Positions 51,359-61,821 are shown, numbered from the stretch's first letter. The stretch is 64,000 nt of DNA from an uncultured delta proteobacterium (GCA_963724765.1 CAVRVY010000004.1:1-64000); one strand, 5' to 3'. Program-made: numbers and translations. Notes: generated by a model not told the origin, from the letters alone.

Positions 51359-51562
51359 ATGGACAAGTCTGCCGCCATTCGGGTATTGCCCGGAAGCGTC
51401 GTCGTTTTTCGCGGACGCCGTCATCAGGTGATGAGCGCCAAGGCAGGTGCACAGAGCGAGGCGCCGTTCTTTCGTTTGCGCGACCTCGGCGACGGCGCGC
51501 TGACCGGACTCATCAGCCATAGGATGGTCGAAGCGGAAACGGATAAGACGACGCAGAACTGA
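51359..51562 (+). CDS. Small hypothetical protein
   Basis: Strong GGAGGAGG RBS; 67 aa with an SH3-like pattern of beta strands. Confidence 0.5.
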   Translation: MDKSAAIRVLPGSVVVFRGRRHQVMSAKAGAQSEAPFFRLRDLGDGALTGLISHRMVEAETDKTTQN

Positions 51563-51654
51563 TCTGCGCGGACCGGTCGGCCGCGACGGCCGGTGTAAGG
51601 ATGACAAATCCTTAGATTGTGCTGCCCGAAGTGCGGGAGCACGGCGGCCAGAGT

Positions 51655-51750
51655 CTGGTTTGTGCCGCCGATAGCGAATCGCCGTCCAGGTCAAAAAAAA
51701 TCGTCGTCGCCACAGACGCTCTCCACGCCCAGAACCTCGCGCCATAGGCC
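51655..51750 (-). pseudogene. Phosphopantetheine carrier-protein (PCP) remnant
   Basis: LWREVLGVESVCGDDDFF, then after a +1 slip in the T8 run, DLDGDSLSAAQ. Confidence 0.6.
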
Positions 51751-52027
51751 GCATCTCCAGATCGTCCGCAGACAAAGACTTTTGTGCAGCGGACGCCGGC
51801 GCCAGAGGCTCGGCTGCCTGGACGCTTGCTCCGAGCGCTCGATCATCTCTTTGCTGGAGCCTTTGAAGCGCATGGAAATCCACTTTGCCGGCGACCGAGC
51901 GCGGCCATTTTCGCCCGATCCGTCCCCTGTTCTGGACTGTGCGGCTTCGCGCGAGGCATCATCTTGGCCTTAGCGCGTGAAGAGCGTTCTCGCGCGCAAT
52001 CCATCGACAGCAAAACGGAGACAAGCG

Positions 52028-52426
52028 ATGACTGCGGCTCAATACAGGGAGCGGGCAATCCGGTTCCTCGAAAATTTCAACCATCCCGACCCGCGAGTGT
52101 TCGAGGATCTGATCACTGATGATTTCAGGTTCGAGATGATAACCACGATGAAGGAGTTCGCGCCGGTGCGCGGCAAGGCGGCTTTCGCGCGGGCGGAAAC
52201 CGAGCGCCTCAACGCGCTGTTTCCCGATGGGCTCAGGATGAAGCTCGGCACGATCATCTGCGAGGGCCCCCACGTCGCCGTCCAGGCCGAGTGCGACACG
52301 GTCGCGTCAAATGGACGGCGCTACGTGCAGCGCTACCATTTTTACCTGCGCTTCGAGGGTGAGCTGATCGCCGACGGGCTCGAGTACAACGACACCAACC
52401 TGGTCCGCGAAGTCTTTCTGACCTGA
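52028..52426 (+). CDS. SnoaL/NTF2-like protein
   Basis: LITDD, EGPHVAV, NGRRY..RYHF, EYNDT. Confidence 0.82.
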   Translation: MTAAQYRERAIRFLENFNHPDPRVFEDLITDDFRFEMITTMKEFAPVRGKAAFARAETERLNALFPDGLRMKLGTIICEGPHVAVQAECDTVASNGRRYVQRYHFYLRFEGELIADGLEYNDTNLVREVFLT

Positions 52427-52737
52427 TCCGCGGCTTCACGGAAACCCCGCCGCAGCAGCGGAATCGGGCACCGGCGGCCTCACGTATCGACAATCTGTGT
52501 CTCGGTCCGCTGAGACATCGTAGTGGGGCTTGACACGGTCGCATGCGAAACCCGCGCGGCTCGGCGGTCACATCGAAGCACATTTGCGACGCTCGACTGG
52601 CGTTTCTGTATCGAGGGCAGCGCGGATGGATCGAAGCGCAACCTCGTCACTTGCGCCTGACACTTCGCGATGGCTTCAGCCTTCGGAACCATCCCCGGCC
52701 CGATTGTTGCGGTAACACCCTTCAAGAGGGCTTAGCC

Positions 52738-53136
52738 GTGAACACTGAAATTGAAATCGATCTGGGGCTGGCGAGAGTCAGCGATAGCGCTCTGGCGATG
52801 CTTGAAGCGGCAAACGGGGTTGCCAGCCTGTCCCCGAGCCTGTTCAGCGGACTGTTGGACGCGCTGGCCGAGGAGCATCTGCGCCGATTTGGTGCTCAGG
52901 GAGGTGCGGCGGCCATGCTGAAAATGCCGACGAGGACGCTTGACGCCGACGAGCTATGGCATTCGCTGCGAATGCTGGGGAACTGGCTTGGCCATAGCGA
53001 GGAGGCGTCTCGTGGCGATCCTGACTTGGAAGCCGTAAGCGAGGTTATTGCACGCATGTGGCTGGGGATGCGCGGAGCGCTCAACCTGGTCACCGAAGGT
53101 TCGACCGACGGGACGTCTGGCGAGACTATCAACTAG
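52738..53136 (+). CDS. Hypothetical protein
   Basis: Plausible helical ORF with GAGGG upstream of the GTG; no motif recognised. Confidence 0.5.
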   Translation: MNTEIEIDLGLARVSDSALAMLEAANGVASLSPSLFSGLLDALAEEHLRRFGAQGGAAAMLKMPTRTLDADELWHSLRMLGNWLGHSEEASRGDPDLEAVSEVIARMWLGMRGALNLVTEGSTDGTSGETIN

Positions 53137-53238
53137 GACCCGCAGGAGGGTTTGAGGAGCGCAGGAGTATACTCCTGCGCGTCGTACCCGCGTCCGAGCG
53201 CAAGCGCGAACTTCACCCGGCGATTTTTTGCGCGAAGA

Positions 53239-53430
53239 CTATGCGTTGGTCAGCACGGAGTCGGCTCCGCTTGCCAACGATGACACACTATTGCCTAGGG
53301 CGAGATAGGTGCCATAAACGACTATCGCGATAGCTGAAACTATCATGATGTATTCAGTCATCGTTTGTGCGTTCTGATTTCTGACCAGAACCTCGCGCAC
53401 GCGAACGAAAAGCTTCTGAGCAAATTCCAT
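53239..53430 (-). CDS. Flp/Fap family type IVb pilin
   Basis: AQTMTEYIMIVSAIAIVV; 63 aa; GAGGGGG RBS. Confidence 0.8.
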   Translation of the reverse strand: MEFAQKLFVRVREVLVRNQNAQTMTEYIMIVSAIAIVVYGTYLALGNSVSSLASGADSVLTNA

Positions 53431-53722
53431 CGGTCCCCCCTCTGTACGTTCCAATAGATTTGCGTGAAAGGATGTTAGATGAATGTACGATACGATCCAA
53501 GACTCCTTGGTTTCGAGTAGAGAGCGGTCTGGCACACCTGTTGTCAGGATAGGGCTCGATACGCTGTTGCGCAGGCGCCTAGCCAGGGTCAGTCCGTGTT
53601 TATCGCCTCGGGGCGACTGGGGCGCGACCGGCCAGCAGTACGACGCAACCAGCAACTCGTGCGTGACCGGCACGACGCAGAACGCCGGCGAGATGACGGG
53701 GAGCCCTCACGTATGATCGCGC

Positions 53723-53760
53723 AAGGCCGGGCCGCTCCACGAGCGGTCCGGCCTTTTTTT
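53723..53760 (+). terminator. Rho-independent terminator
   Basis: AAGGCCGGGCCGCTC-CAC-GAGCGGTCCGGCCTT stem ending in a T8 run. Confidence 0.8.
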
Positions 53761-53816
53761 GCGCGAATCGAAGAATTCCCCCGAGGGGGGCGGCCTTCCG
53801 CTCCCCCCGGTTCGAT

Positions 53817-54245
53817 CTAGTTGGGTTGGATACAGGTGGCGTAGGTCGTCACGGATGCGGCCTGCGCTGCGTGATTAATGACCGTAACCGACCAGCCGCG
53901 TGGACTGCTGTTCTCGGCAGTGCCCGAAAAGACCGGACCGTCATTCAACACCTTGGCCGCCACGACGTAGCCGACCTGCGCATTCTTCGGCATCACCGTG
54001 TAGCCGCCGCCCACTGCGTAGGTTTCGTCACCGTCGCAGTCAGCCTGCACGGTTACAACGTGATTAATCTGAACGAGTTCGGTCGCAGTCTCAGTGACGA
54101 TCGAGAAAGTAGGGTTGGTATCCGTCTGCCAACAATAATGTGGATTGCCTCTTTCGTCTGTACACGAATGTCCGTTCGCGCTGGCGACACCGACGGTTCC
54201 AATCAGCGCAACCGCCGCCATCAGCAATATTATCTTTGCGTTCAT
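53817..54245 (-). CDS. Secreted hypothetical protein with Cys pairs
   Basis: Signal peptide ending ASA; ADC...AVGGGY...GWSV...YATC pattern; AGGAG upstream. Confidence 0.65.
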   Translation of the reverse strand: MNAKIILLMAAVALIGTVGVASANGHSCTDERGNPHYCWQTDTNPTFSIVTETATELVQINHVVTVQADCDGDETYAVGGGYTVMPKNAQVGYVVAAKVLNDGPVFSGTAENSSPRGWSVTVINHAAQAASVTTYATCIQPN

Positions 54246-54660
54246 AATTCTTTACCTATCTCCTTGCGCCGTTACTCCTGGCTTCTCGTCCATCTCAAGC
54301 CAGCCAGTGGATTTTTGAAGAGACGCTGGACCGAGAAAAACGTGACTAAAATTGTATTAAGGAATAACTGGCACTGTTTAGGCTATAGATACTATCTAAA
54401 CATGTCTAGAGTTAGATATGACATAATTTGAATATCAAGGCATTGTGTCGCAATTTGAAGCACGAGCGGATTCTTCCTGATGGAAATGTCCAGGCAGACG
54501 TCATGTGCTCGCGCTTGCGTCGGATTCCCCTGGCGACGTTCTCTTACGCGATAGGGGTCATGGTGAATGTGATTCAAAATGGCACGCGGCCGAAAGCTCT
54601 TAGCCGAATCGAAAGTTGAATTCGGGTTAGCGAAGGGTCTGGGTAGACCAGGATTCGGAC

Positions 54661-55174
54661 TTGATCCGACCGACATCCGCTAAAACATCCAAGCTGGCTC
54701 TCTTTTTTGATCGACGTTGCGCATTCCGGCGTCCCGGCGGTGCTGGATCGGAACGCGATGGTGCGGCAAACCGGCTCCAACACTTTGTCAATCAGCGGAC
54801 GAGATCGCTTGGGCGCGCCGGTCGGAGAGATGGCGCGCAGCGTGTTGTCACAGGATTTGGCGCAGCGCATGCCGAAGGGGACTGTCATTTTGCCGAACGC
54901 GCCCTCGTCACCATCGACGGCGCATCTGGTAGTCAATATTGCGAGATTCACAGAAGAGGAACAGGGGCGTGTGCAGCTCGCGGCAAGTTGGACGCTGATG
55001 CGAGGCCAGCCCGCACAGCCTGTTCTGAATCGTGACGTGAATCTGCAATGCAGTGCCGGTGGCAACGGGGCGCAAGCGCAAGCGGCTGCCATGAGTGAGC
55101 TGCTCTCGCAACTCGCCGGTCACATAGCCACCGACGTGACGGCGAACTCGACAGGTATCAGAAATCTCGATTAG
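54661..55174 (+). pseudogene. PqiC-like ABC auxiliary lipoprotein, 5'-degraded
   Basis: VPAVLDRNAMV, VLSQDLAQRMP, LAASWTL, AAMSELLSQLAGHIA; no signal peptide or lipobox. Confidence 0.65.
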
Positions 55175-55200
55175 GTATAAACGTCTGTCATTCTCTTCGA

Positions 55201-55320
55201 CGAAGCGCCATCGAAGACAAGGCGAGCGTGCGCAGCGCGCTCGGGCGCTCACCTGACATCGCAGAAGCGCTCATGCTGGCGCTCGGCGGGCCTGAATGGG
55301 CCCTAGGCGCTGTAACCTAG
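55201..55320 (+). pseudogene. Phage terminase large subunit C-terminal remnant
   Basis: Hand translation IEDKASVRSALGRSPDIAEALMLA resembles the TerL C-terminal E.K......GRSPD.ADAL motif. Confidence 0.55.
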
Positions 55321-55431
55321 ATCGTGGAGGTGGGTCAACGGCCTCCAGTTAAAGGCACTGCTGGATGGAAACCCGCCGACGCGCCCGGCGTACTTTGGAT
55401 ACGTCCATGCCCGAGTTTCAAGGAAGCAGCG

Positions 55432-55662
55432 ATGAGTGCTGACATGAGTCCCCGGCCCGCCGCGCTCGCCCTGGTCGTCTGGTATCTGATGCGGCCGCCG
55501 CTGCCGCACCTCAACGCTCATGCCATCCATACGGAGGCCGCCGCACCCCTATCGCGATGGATAGTAGTCAGAACCTTCCCTACGCAGAAGAAATGCGAGA
55601 CCCACCGAGCCAACCCGTGGGACCGGTGCATCGCGACCGACGACCCGCGCCTCAAAAAATAA
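55432..55662 (+). CDS. Small secreted protein, WYL...C...CIATDDPRLK family
   Basis: AALALVVWYLMRPP...APLSRW...F....C...CIATDDPRLKK. Confidence 0.72.
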   Translation: MSADMSPRPAALALVVWYLMRPPLPHLNAHAIHTEAAAPLSRWIVVRTFPTQKKCETHRANPWDRCIATDDPRLKK

Positions 55663-55664
55663 GG

Positions 55665-55775
55665 CGAACAGCTTCCCTGATTCGCCGCGCTGCCGGTTAC
55701 GGTTGAGTCGGTTTTAGGCAGAAGAACTAAATACCAGCCGAGCAGGGTGAGGACGGTGACGCGAGGGAGTTTCAA
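55665..55775 (-). pseudogene. N-terminal fragment of a third GWYL-family gene
   Basis: MKLPRVTVLTLLGWYLVLLP; the frame runs into the convergent paralog without reaching a DDPRL motif. Confidence 0.45.
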
Positions 55776-55939
55776 TCCCAGGGCTTATGGACTGCGCGAA
55801 TCTCGCGCTCTTTCAAAATCCCGTTGGCGCGTTCCAAGTCTTCATTTTTGACCCCTGAAATTCGCTCGATGGGGGTATAAAGCGGGGGTAAACCGCGGAG
55901 CGAAGAATCATAGAAAGCCGCTAAGTACCTGATTTTATA

Positions 55940-55985
55940 TGGTGGGCAGGGAGTGAATCGAACACTCGACACGAAGATTTCAGTC
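55940..55985 (-). other. tRNA-Phe 3' fragment (att core)
   Basis: Reverse complement GACTGAAATCTTCGTGTCGAGTGTTCGATTCACTCCCTGCCCACCA: anticodon loop with GAA, T arm and CCA end, but no 5' half; adjacent to an integrase. Confidence 0.78.
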
Positions 55986-56051
55986 TTCAAAATACCTAAT
56001 CACGCCAGTATCTCTAGGCGCGAAGCTGAAACGCTGCGAAACCCCTAAGCC

Positions 56052-57124
56052 CTACCGCCATCAGGGCCGGCAGCGGCGATATGCGATCGGCACCTATCCG
56101 CCGCTCAGCTTGGCCGATGCCCGCGAGGAAGCGCGCAACGCGCTGGCGCGGGTCCAGACCGGCACCGACGTGGCCGAGGTCAAGCAGACCAGCCGGCAGG
56201 GTGACACGTTTGGCGAGCTGGTCGAGCGCTACGGCCGAGCACGCCACGGTCAAGAACAAACCGGGGACGCTGCGCGAGAAACGGAAGCTGGCGAAGGCAC
56301 TCGCACAGTGGGAGCACCGCAAGGCGTGCGACATCACACGCCGCGAAGTAATCGCCCTGGTCGATGGGATTGCGGCACGCGCAGCGCGCATCCGGGCTAA
56401 CCGCATGGTCGCATTCCTAAGCTCGGTGTTCTCGTTCGCGGTCGCCAAGGAGATCGTGCCCGCCAATCCCGCATTCCGCATTCCAAAACCCGGACTTGAG
56501 AATCAGCGCGAGCGCGTGCTGACCGACGCCGAAATCAAGGCCGTGTGGGCGGCGCTAGACAACGAGCCGGCGAGCACCGCGGCGATCTTCAAACTGGCGC
56601 TGTTGACCGGCCAGCGGCGCGGCGAAGTTTGCGGGATGCAATGGGCCGAATTGGACTTTGATTCGGGCTGGTGGAGCATCCCAGCCGAGCGGACCAAGAA
56701 TCGCCTGGCGCATCGCGTGCCGCTCGGCCCACAGGCTCATGCGATCCTGGCCACGCTGAAAGCCGAGGCGCAGAAGGCTTCGCGTCCTTCCGTGTTCGTC
56801 TTCCAGAGTGCGCGACACCTCGGGCAACCGCCGCTCAACATCCACAAGCCCCTAGCCCGACTGATGGCGAGCACGGGCGCCAGTTTCCGAGTCCACGATC
56901 TGAGGCGTACAGCCGCGACGGGCATGGCGCAGATTGGAATCCCGCGCATGGTCATCTCGCAGATCCTCAACCATCGCGAGGGTGGCGTGACGCAAATTTA
57001 TGACCGCTACTCCTACGACCGCGAGAAGCGGATGGCGCTTGCCAAGTGGGATGAGCGCCTGCGTCAGATCGTAACCGGCGAAGCCTCAACCAAGGTAGTC
57101 GAGCTTGACCAGTACCGCGCTTGA
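56052..57124 (+). pseudogene. P4-like tyrosine integrase, 5'-truncated and frameshifted
   Basis: Arm-domain remnant YRHQGRQRRYAIGTYPPLSLADAREEA in one frame; catalytic motifs LTGQRRGE, TKN, HDLRRT, LNH, YDRY in another. Confidence 0.88.
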
Positions 57125-58285
57125 TCGAGGCCGTGATAGAAGACCGACCGCTTGAAAATTACGGCAACCCACGACTATCAGGCGCAAAATCCGGTACTGG
57201 CCTACTTTCGCGTCGAGCGGCCTAATTTGAAAGGCGAAGTGGCTAGTTTCGGAAGGGAAGGAAACGGCGAATCGTTGGGCCAGTTGGGTGGGGCCAGTCT
57301 CTCGAATTGCCGCGAGCCTCGAGCCGAGGGGGGGTCAACGCGAAGCCTGACTGCAACCTCTCAGAAAACACTACTTCCTGTCAAAACGGAATTGTCTCGC
57401 AGAGAACCAATGCGAACGAAGCGGCGTGGCGGAGCTTCACGAATCTTTGATTTTGTAGACCCTATCCAAAGCTTTCAAAAACAGGCGCGCCCAGAAGTCT
57501 CGCTCCTCGCGTGTCCGTGTGTGCGCTGTGAATAGGGTTTTAGGGGACGGGGCAGTGGCCTAATCTGCCGGGTCGGGTCGCCCAATTCAGCCATTACCCA
57601 AAATCCTACAATTAGTTTAGTAGCGCGATGCGTCAAGCTATGAACGACAAGGCGGCGATAACTCCATCGCAGGCCACGCCGGGACGGCCGGTGTGGGTGC
57701 CGTTGCCGAGTACTGGGGCGTGGGTCCGGGGATTGATCGACGGCCTGAAATGGGACGAGGGCACGTCTGGCTACGTTGCCTGTGTGCGCATTGCGGCTCT
57801 AGGCATTGGACGTTTGTATTTCAGTAAACGGGTGACCAACCGCCCCCCCAGACTGCCAAGCTGGCTCGAAAGCGCGACGGATGGGTAGCCGGTAACCGGG
57901 CGCCGTCGGAAACCCTTGTGGCACAAGGCTTTCCGCAGACAAAATATCTTTTCCTAATTCTATGGGATTTCTGTTCTTCCGGCCGCTTGTCCCGTTGAAA
58001 GTCCGAATTCATCCAAGCTGTTGCGTGAGAGGTTTCAAAGAGCGGATAGTGAGAGCTGTCACACGTTCCCGGCTCGTACGGCGAGCACAACGGCTCCGCC
58101 TTTCCAACGTGCGCGCCTTCACCGGGGCCCCACAGGCCCCCAAACACAAATGGCTCCCCAGGCGCGGCGTCAGGTCGAGGAGATGGCCCCGTCCTTCTGC
58201 TGGAATCCTTTCGGACGGCAAGCACAACACGACATCAAACTAAAATGACGTTTAGTCTCTGAATCGTGAACGGAGTACGTAACGT

Positions 58286-58612
58286 ATGGCTGATTATTTA
58301 CTCATCGAGTCGCGTGATCCTTTCGAAAGCAACGACACGGCCTACTTTTATGATCTCGCCGAGAGCCTCGTCCGGGAAGGCAACCGCGTTTCGCTGTTCC
58401 TGATTCAGAATGGCGTCCTGCCGACCCGCCGCAGCGAGCGCTCGGCGGCGCTGTCTCGCATAGCGAAGGCCGGCGTCGAATTGCTGGCTGATGATTTTTC
58501 CCTGCGTGAGCGTGGGATCCGCAACGAAAAACTGATAGCCGATGTGCGACCCGCGTCGCTGGATTTTGTGATCGATTGTATGGCCGCAGGCCGCAAAACT
58601 CTCTGGCACTGA
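58286..58612 (+). CDS. DsrE-superfamily protein (DsrH/TusB-like)
   Basis: LFLIQNGV, ADDFSLRERGI, ends LWH. Confidence 0.8.
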   Translation: MADYLLIESRDPFESNDTAYFYDLAESLVREGNRVSLFLIQNGVLPTRRSERSAALSRIAKAGVELLADDFSLRERGIRNEKLIADVRPASLDFVIDCMAAGRKTLWH

Positions 58613-58628
58613 ACATCGAGGTTCCGCT

Positions 58629-59042
58629 ATGGCTGCGTCGAAAACTCTAACTTTCGCACTGATGGATCCACCTTACGAGAACGCACGCTCGACCACCGCG
58701 TTGCGCCTGATAGATTGCGCGCTCCGGCGCGGGCACAACGTCAACGTCTTCGCTTACGAAGGCGGGGTCGGCCTCGCGTTCGCGAAACAAGCCCCTCATC
58801 CAAACGCAATGCACGGGAGGGACGTTGCCCAGGAGGACCATCCAAATCCGAAAGATTGGATCACTGCGCTACTCAAAGAGGCGGAGCAGCGTGGGACGAA
58901 ACTCGACTGGGTGCAATGCGGCATGTGCGTTGACGAGCGCGGCGCGGGCGAAGCGGTCGCTGGGTTGCGCCGCGGAAGTCCGGCGGATCTTTGGAAGTTC
59001 GCGCAGGCCTCCGACAACACGCTTATCATTCCGAGCAAATAG
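58629..59042 (+). CDS. DsrE/TusD-like sulfur-relay protein
   Basis: PPY, VFAYEGGV, CGMCVDERG. Confidence 0.82.
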   Translation: MAASKTLTFALMDPPYENARSTTALRLIDCALRRGHNVNVFAYEGGVGLAFAKQAPHPNAMHGRDVAQEDHPNPKDWITALLKEAEQRGTKLDWVQCGMCVDERGAGEAVAGLRRGSPADLWKFAQASDNTLIIPSK

Positions 59043-59051
59043 GAGCCTTCT

Positions 59052-59438
59052 ATGCCCCGCCGCGTGCTGAACATTATCGAGAGCGCTTATCGGGCCACGA
59101 TCGAGGAGCAGGATGACACGATCGTTTGGCTAAGCTACATGCTGCGAGACGCGGGTGCGGAGCTCAGCGTTCTGCTCCGAGGCAACGCCGTCAACTACGC
59201 TGTCAGCGGACAGGACTGTTCCGGGCTTTCATTTGGGGAGCGACGACAAACGCAGCCGCCGCGCCTCGATCCGGATCTCGTAAAGCTGATGGAAAAGGGC
59301 GTACCAGTCCTCGCGGTCGCAGAAGATCTGACGGAGCGCGGCATCGACTCGCAGGATCTCGTGGGCGGAATCAAGACCATAGCCCGATCCGGTGTGGCTA
59401 AGTTATTCGATTCCTACGACCTGGTCTGGCACTGGTAA
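59052..59438 (+). CDS. DsrE-superfamily protein (DsrF/TusC-like)
   Basis: LLRGNAVNYA, EDLTERGI, YDLVWHW. Confidence 0.78.
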   Translation: MPRRVLNIIESAYRATIEEQDDTIVWLSYMLRDAGAELSVLLRGNAVNYAVSGQDCSGLSFGERRQTQPPRLDPDLVKLMEKGVPVLAVAEDLTERGIDSQDLVGGIKTIARSGVAKLFDSYDLVWHW

Positions 59439-59523
59439 ATCACCGCGCCCAACTGCGGCGTGCCGCCGATGCCCGCTGGCGGGCGCGGCTGACGCCGAAC
59501 GTTAAACAAATCGCATAAAACGT

Positions 59524-61067
59524 TCAGGCGGCAGCCTTGGCTGCTACGTCCTTCCGCAGGCGCGTCCATTCGCGCGGCGTCAGCTCCAAGACCAGCCGCG
59601 CCGGATGCGTCGATACCCGCTCGATGACATCGCGCAGATACACGAACGGATTGATCTGTAGGTGCTTGCAGGTCTGCACCAGCGAACACAGGATGGCGGT
59701 GCGATGCGCCGCGGCTTCGCTGCCCGCAAACAGCCAGTTCTTGCGGCCCAACACGATCGGTCGTAGCGCCTGCTCCGCCCCGTTGTTGTCGATCTTGAGC
59801 CGTCCGTCTTCGGCGTAGCGCGTCAGGGCGACCCAGTTGCGCAGCGCGTAGCCGATGGCTGCACCGAGCGGGCTCTTCGGCAACGCCGCCGCCCGCTGCT
59901 CCTGTAGATACGCATGAAGTTTCTCCAGGATCGGCCGCGCCTGCTCCTGCCGCAACTGCTGTCGTGCGGGCGCATCGAGATGCCTGTCGCTGGCCGCCCG
60001 CTCGATCCGGTAGAGCTGCCCGATGATCGCCAACGCCTGCGCGCACGGCACCGCCGCCGTCGGCAGCGCCTCCTTGAAGTACCGGCGGGCGTGCGCCAGC
60101 ATCCGACTTCGATGATCCCGGGATATTGCGCAAACACGTCGTCATAGGCGGGCGCCGCATCCACCTGGAGATACCCACGGTAACCGGCCAGCATCTTCAG
60201 CGGCCCGTCTCGATTACGTGACCAGGTGAAGTCGTAAACCACCTCGCCCAACTCACCCCGATACACCCACAGATGGCCGGTCCGAATCTCTGGCGCTCGA
60301 CTCGGGTCCTGCACATCCAGGGTCGTGTCGTCGCATTGAATCCACGGTGACTGGCATACCTGCTCCCGGTGCATGGCGCGCACGATCGGTTCCAGTAAGT
60401 CTGCCACTGCCCCGTTCCACTCCGAGAGCGTGCGCCGGGTGATCTGCACTCCGTGGCGCTCGAAGATCTGCTCCAGCCGATACAACGGCAAATGGTCCGC
60501 GTACTTGGAGCTGACCACGTGCGCCAATAACCCCGGCCCCGGTCGTCCCTTCTCGATGGGACGCGCCGGCAGGGCGGCTTGCACCACGCCTTGTTGGCAG
60601 CGCCCGCAGGCGTATTTCGGTCGCACATACTCCCGGATTACAAACGAGGCCGGCACGTAGTCCAGCTCCTCGGTGATGTCGGCACCGATGCGCACCTTCG
60701 CGGTATCGCAGTTCGTGCAGTGCCGCGCACTGGCCGGGGGCACTACCTCAATGCGTTCGCGTGGCAGATCGGCTGGCAATCGACGCCGGCCGGGGTGGCG
60801 CCGACGGAGTGATGCAGGTTCGGCGGTCTCGTCCTGTCGTGACTCGTCCGTGGTTTCGGCTTGTACTGGCCCCGCTGCTGCGGGCTCCAAGGGCAGCACC
60901 CCTTGCTCGATTACCGGCACGCCCTTCTCGCTGCGCCGCCCGAACAGCCGATGTGTCAGCAACTGCACCCGCTGGCGCAGCGCCGCGTTCTCTTTGTTGA
61001 GCCGATCGATCTCGTTGCTGAGTTCATCGAGGACTGCCTGGGTCTCTGCGCCGCTTGCCGTCGCCAC
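59524..61067 (-). CDS. tnpC: IS66 transposase TnpC (frameshift near 60100)
   Basis: LFGRRSE, KYADHLPLYR, CDDT, VGC/AHARR, IDNNGAEQALR, GRKNWLFAGS. Confidence 0.92.
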
Positions 61068-61134
61068 GTTCCACCACCACCCGAAGATGCTATTACCACA
61101 GTGTATGTGGAATAGCTATTCGCACTGAGTATCG

Positions 61135-61473
61135 TTACCCACCGATGGCTAAGCGAGTATAGCGTCGACGCTCGCGCACGACCTCGATCCCTTCCAGCAA
61201 CAGGTACAGCTCCCGGGCGTTAATCTCATCGCGCTCCAGCGCCGCGAAGGTCCCAGCCTCGAGGCGCTTGTACAGCAGCCAGAACCCGTCCCGCTCCCAC
61301 ACCAGCATCTTCACCCGATTGCGTTGGCGGTTGAAGAATACAAACACGTGGCCTGACAACGGGTCCTGGCGCAGAACCTCCTGCACCTGTGCGCTCAGCC
61401 GATCGAACGACCGGCGTAGGTCGGTAGCGCCGCGGGCGACGAAGACCCGCACCGACGCTGGTAGCGTCAGCAT
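61135..61473 (-). CDS. tnpB: IS66 accessory protein TnpB
   Basis: TDLRRSFDRL, DPLSGHVFVFFNR, WERDGFWLLYKRLEAGTF. Confidence 0.93.
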   Translation of the reverse strand: MLTLPASVRVFVARGATDLRRSFDRLSAQVQEVLRQDPLSGHVFVFFNRQRNRVKMLVWERDGFWLLYKRLEAGTFAALERDEINARELYLLLEGIEVVRERRRYTRLAIGG

Positions 61474-61821
61474 GCCGTCTGCAGGGCCTGGAGCACCCGC
61501 TGCAGCGTGTCGGTATCGGCTCCCGCCGGCACCCGCACAACATGCCCGCTGTGCAGGACGATCTCCAAAACCGCTGGTGTCCTTCGGAACGCTCGCCGGT
61601 GGTGGCACTTCGGTGAACACTACCGCGTTCTCCACCGCTGCGCCGTTCCCATCCTCATCGCCGGCATACCGGAAGACCCGCCGCCACCAGCTCAGAGTGC
61701 TCAGTGGGATTCCGCGTTTCTCCCCAAACTCGCGCAGCGTCAACCCGCTACGCTGCCAGCCCGCCAACACCCGGCGCATCTGCCGTGCCCGCACTGATGT
61801 CGTCGACCCCAGGCTCCCCAT
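61467..61821 (-). CDS. tnpA: IS66 accessory protein TnpA (frameshift near 61580)
   Basis: WQRSGLTLREF..RGIPLSTLSWWRR, then LEIVLHSGHVVRVPAG...AC* in a shifted frame. Confidence 0.82.

Noticed and set aside
53430-53620. c-di-GMP riboswitch upstream of the Flp pilin
   Set aside because: I could not find the conserved class I or class II motifs by eye.
57152-58250. Several short ORFs after the integrase
   Set aside because: No recognisable motifs or consistent RBS; probably decayed island sequence.
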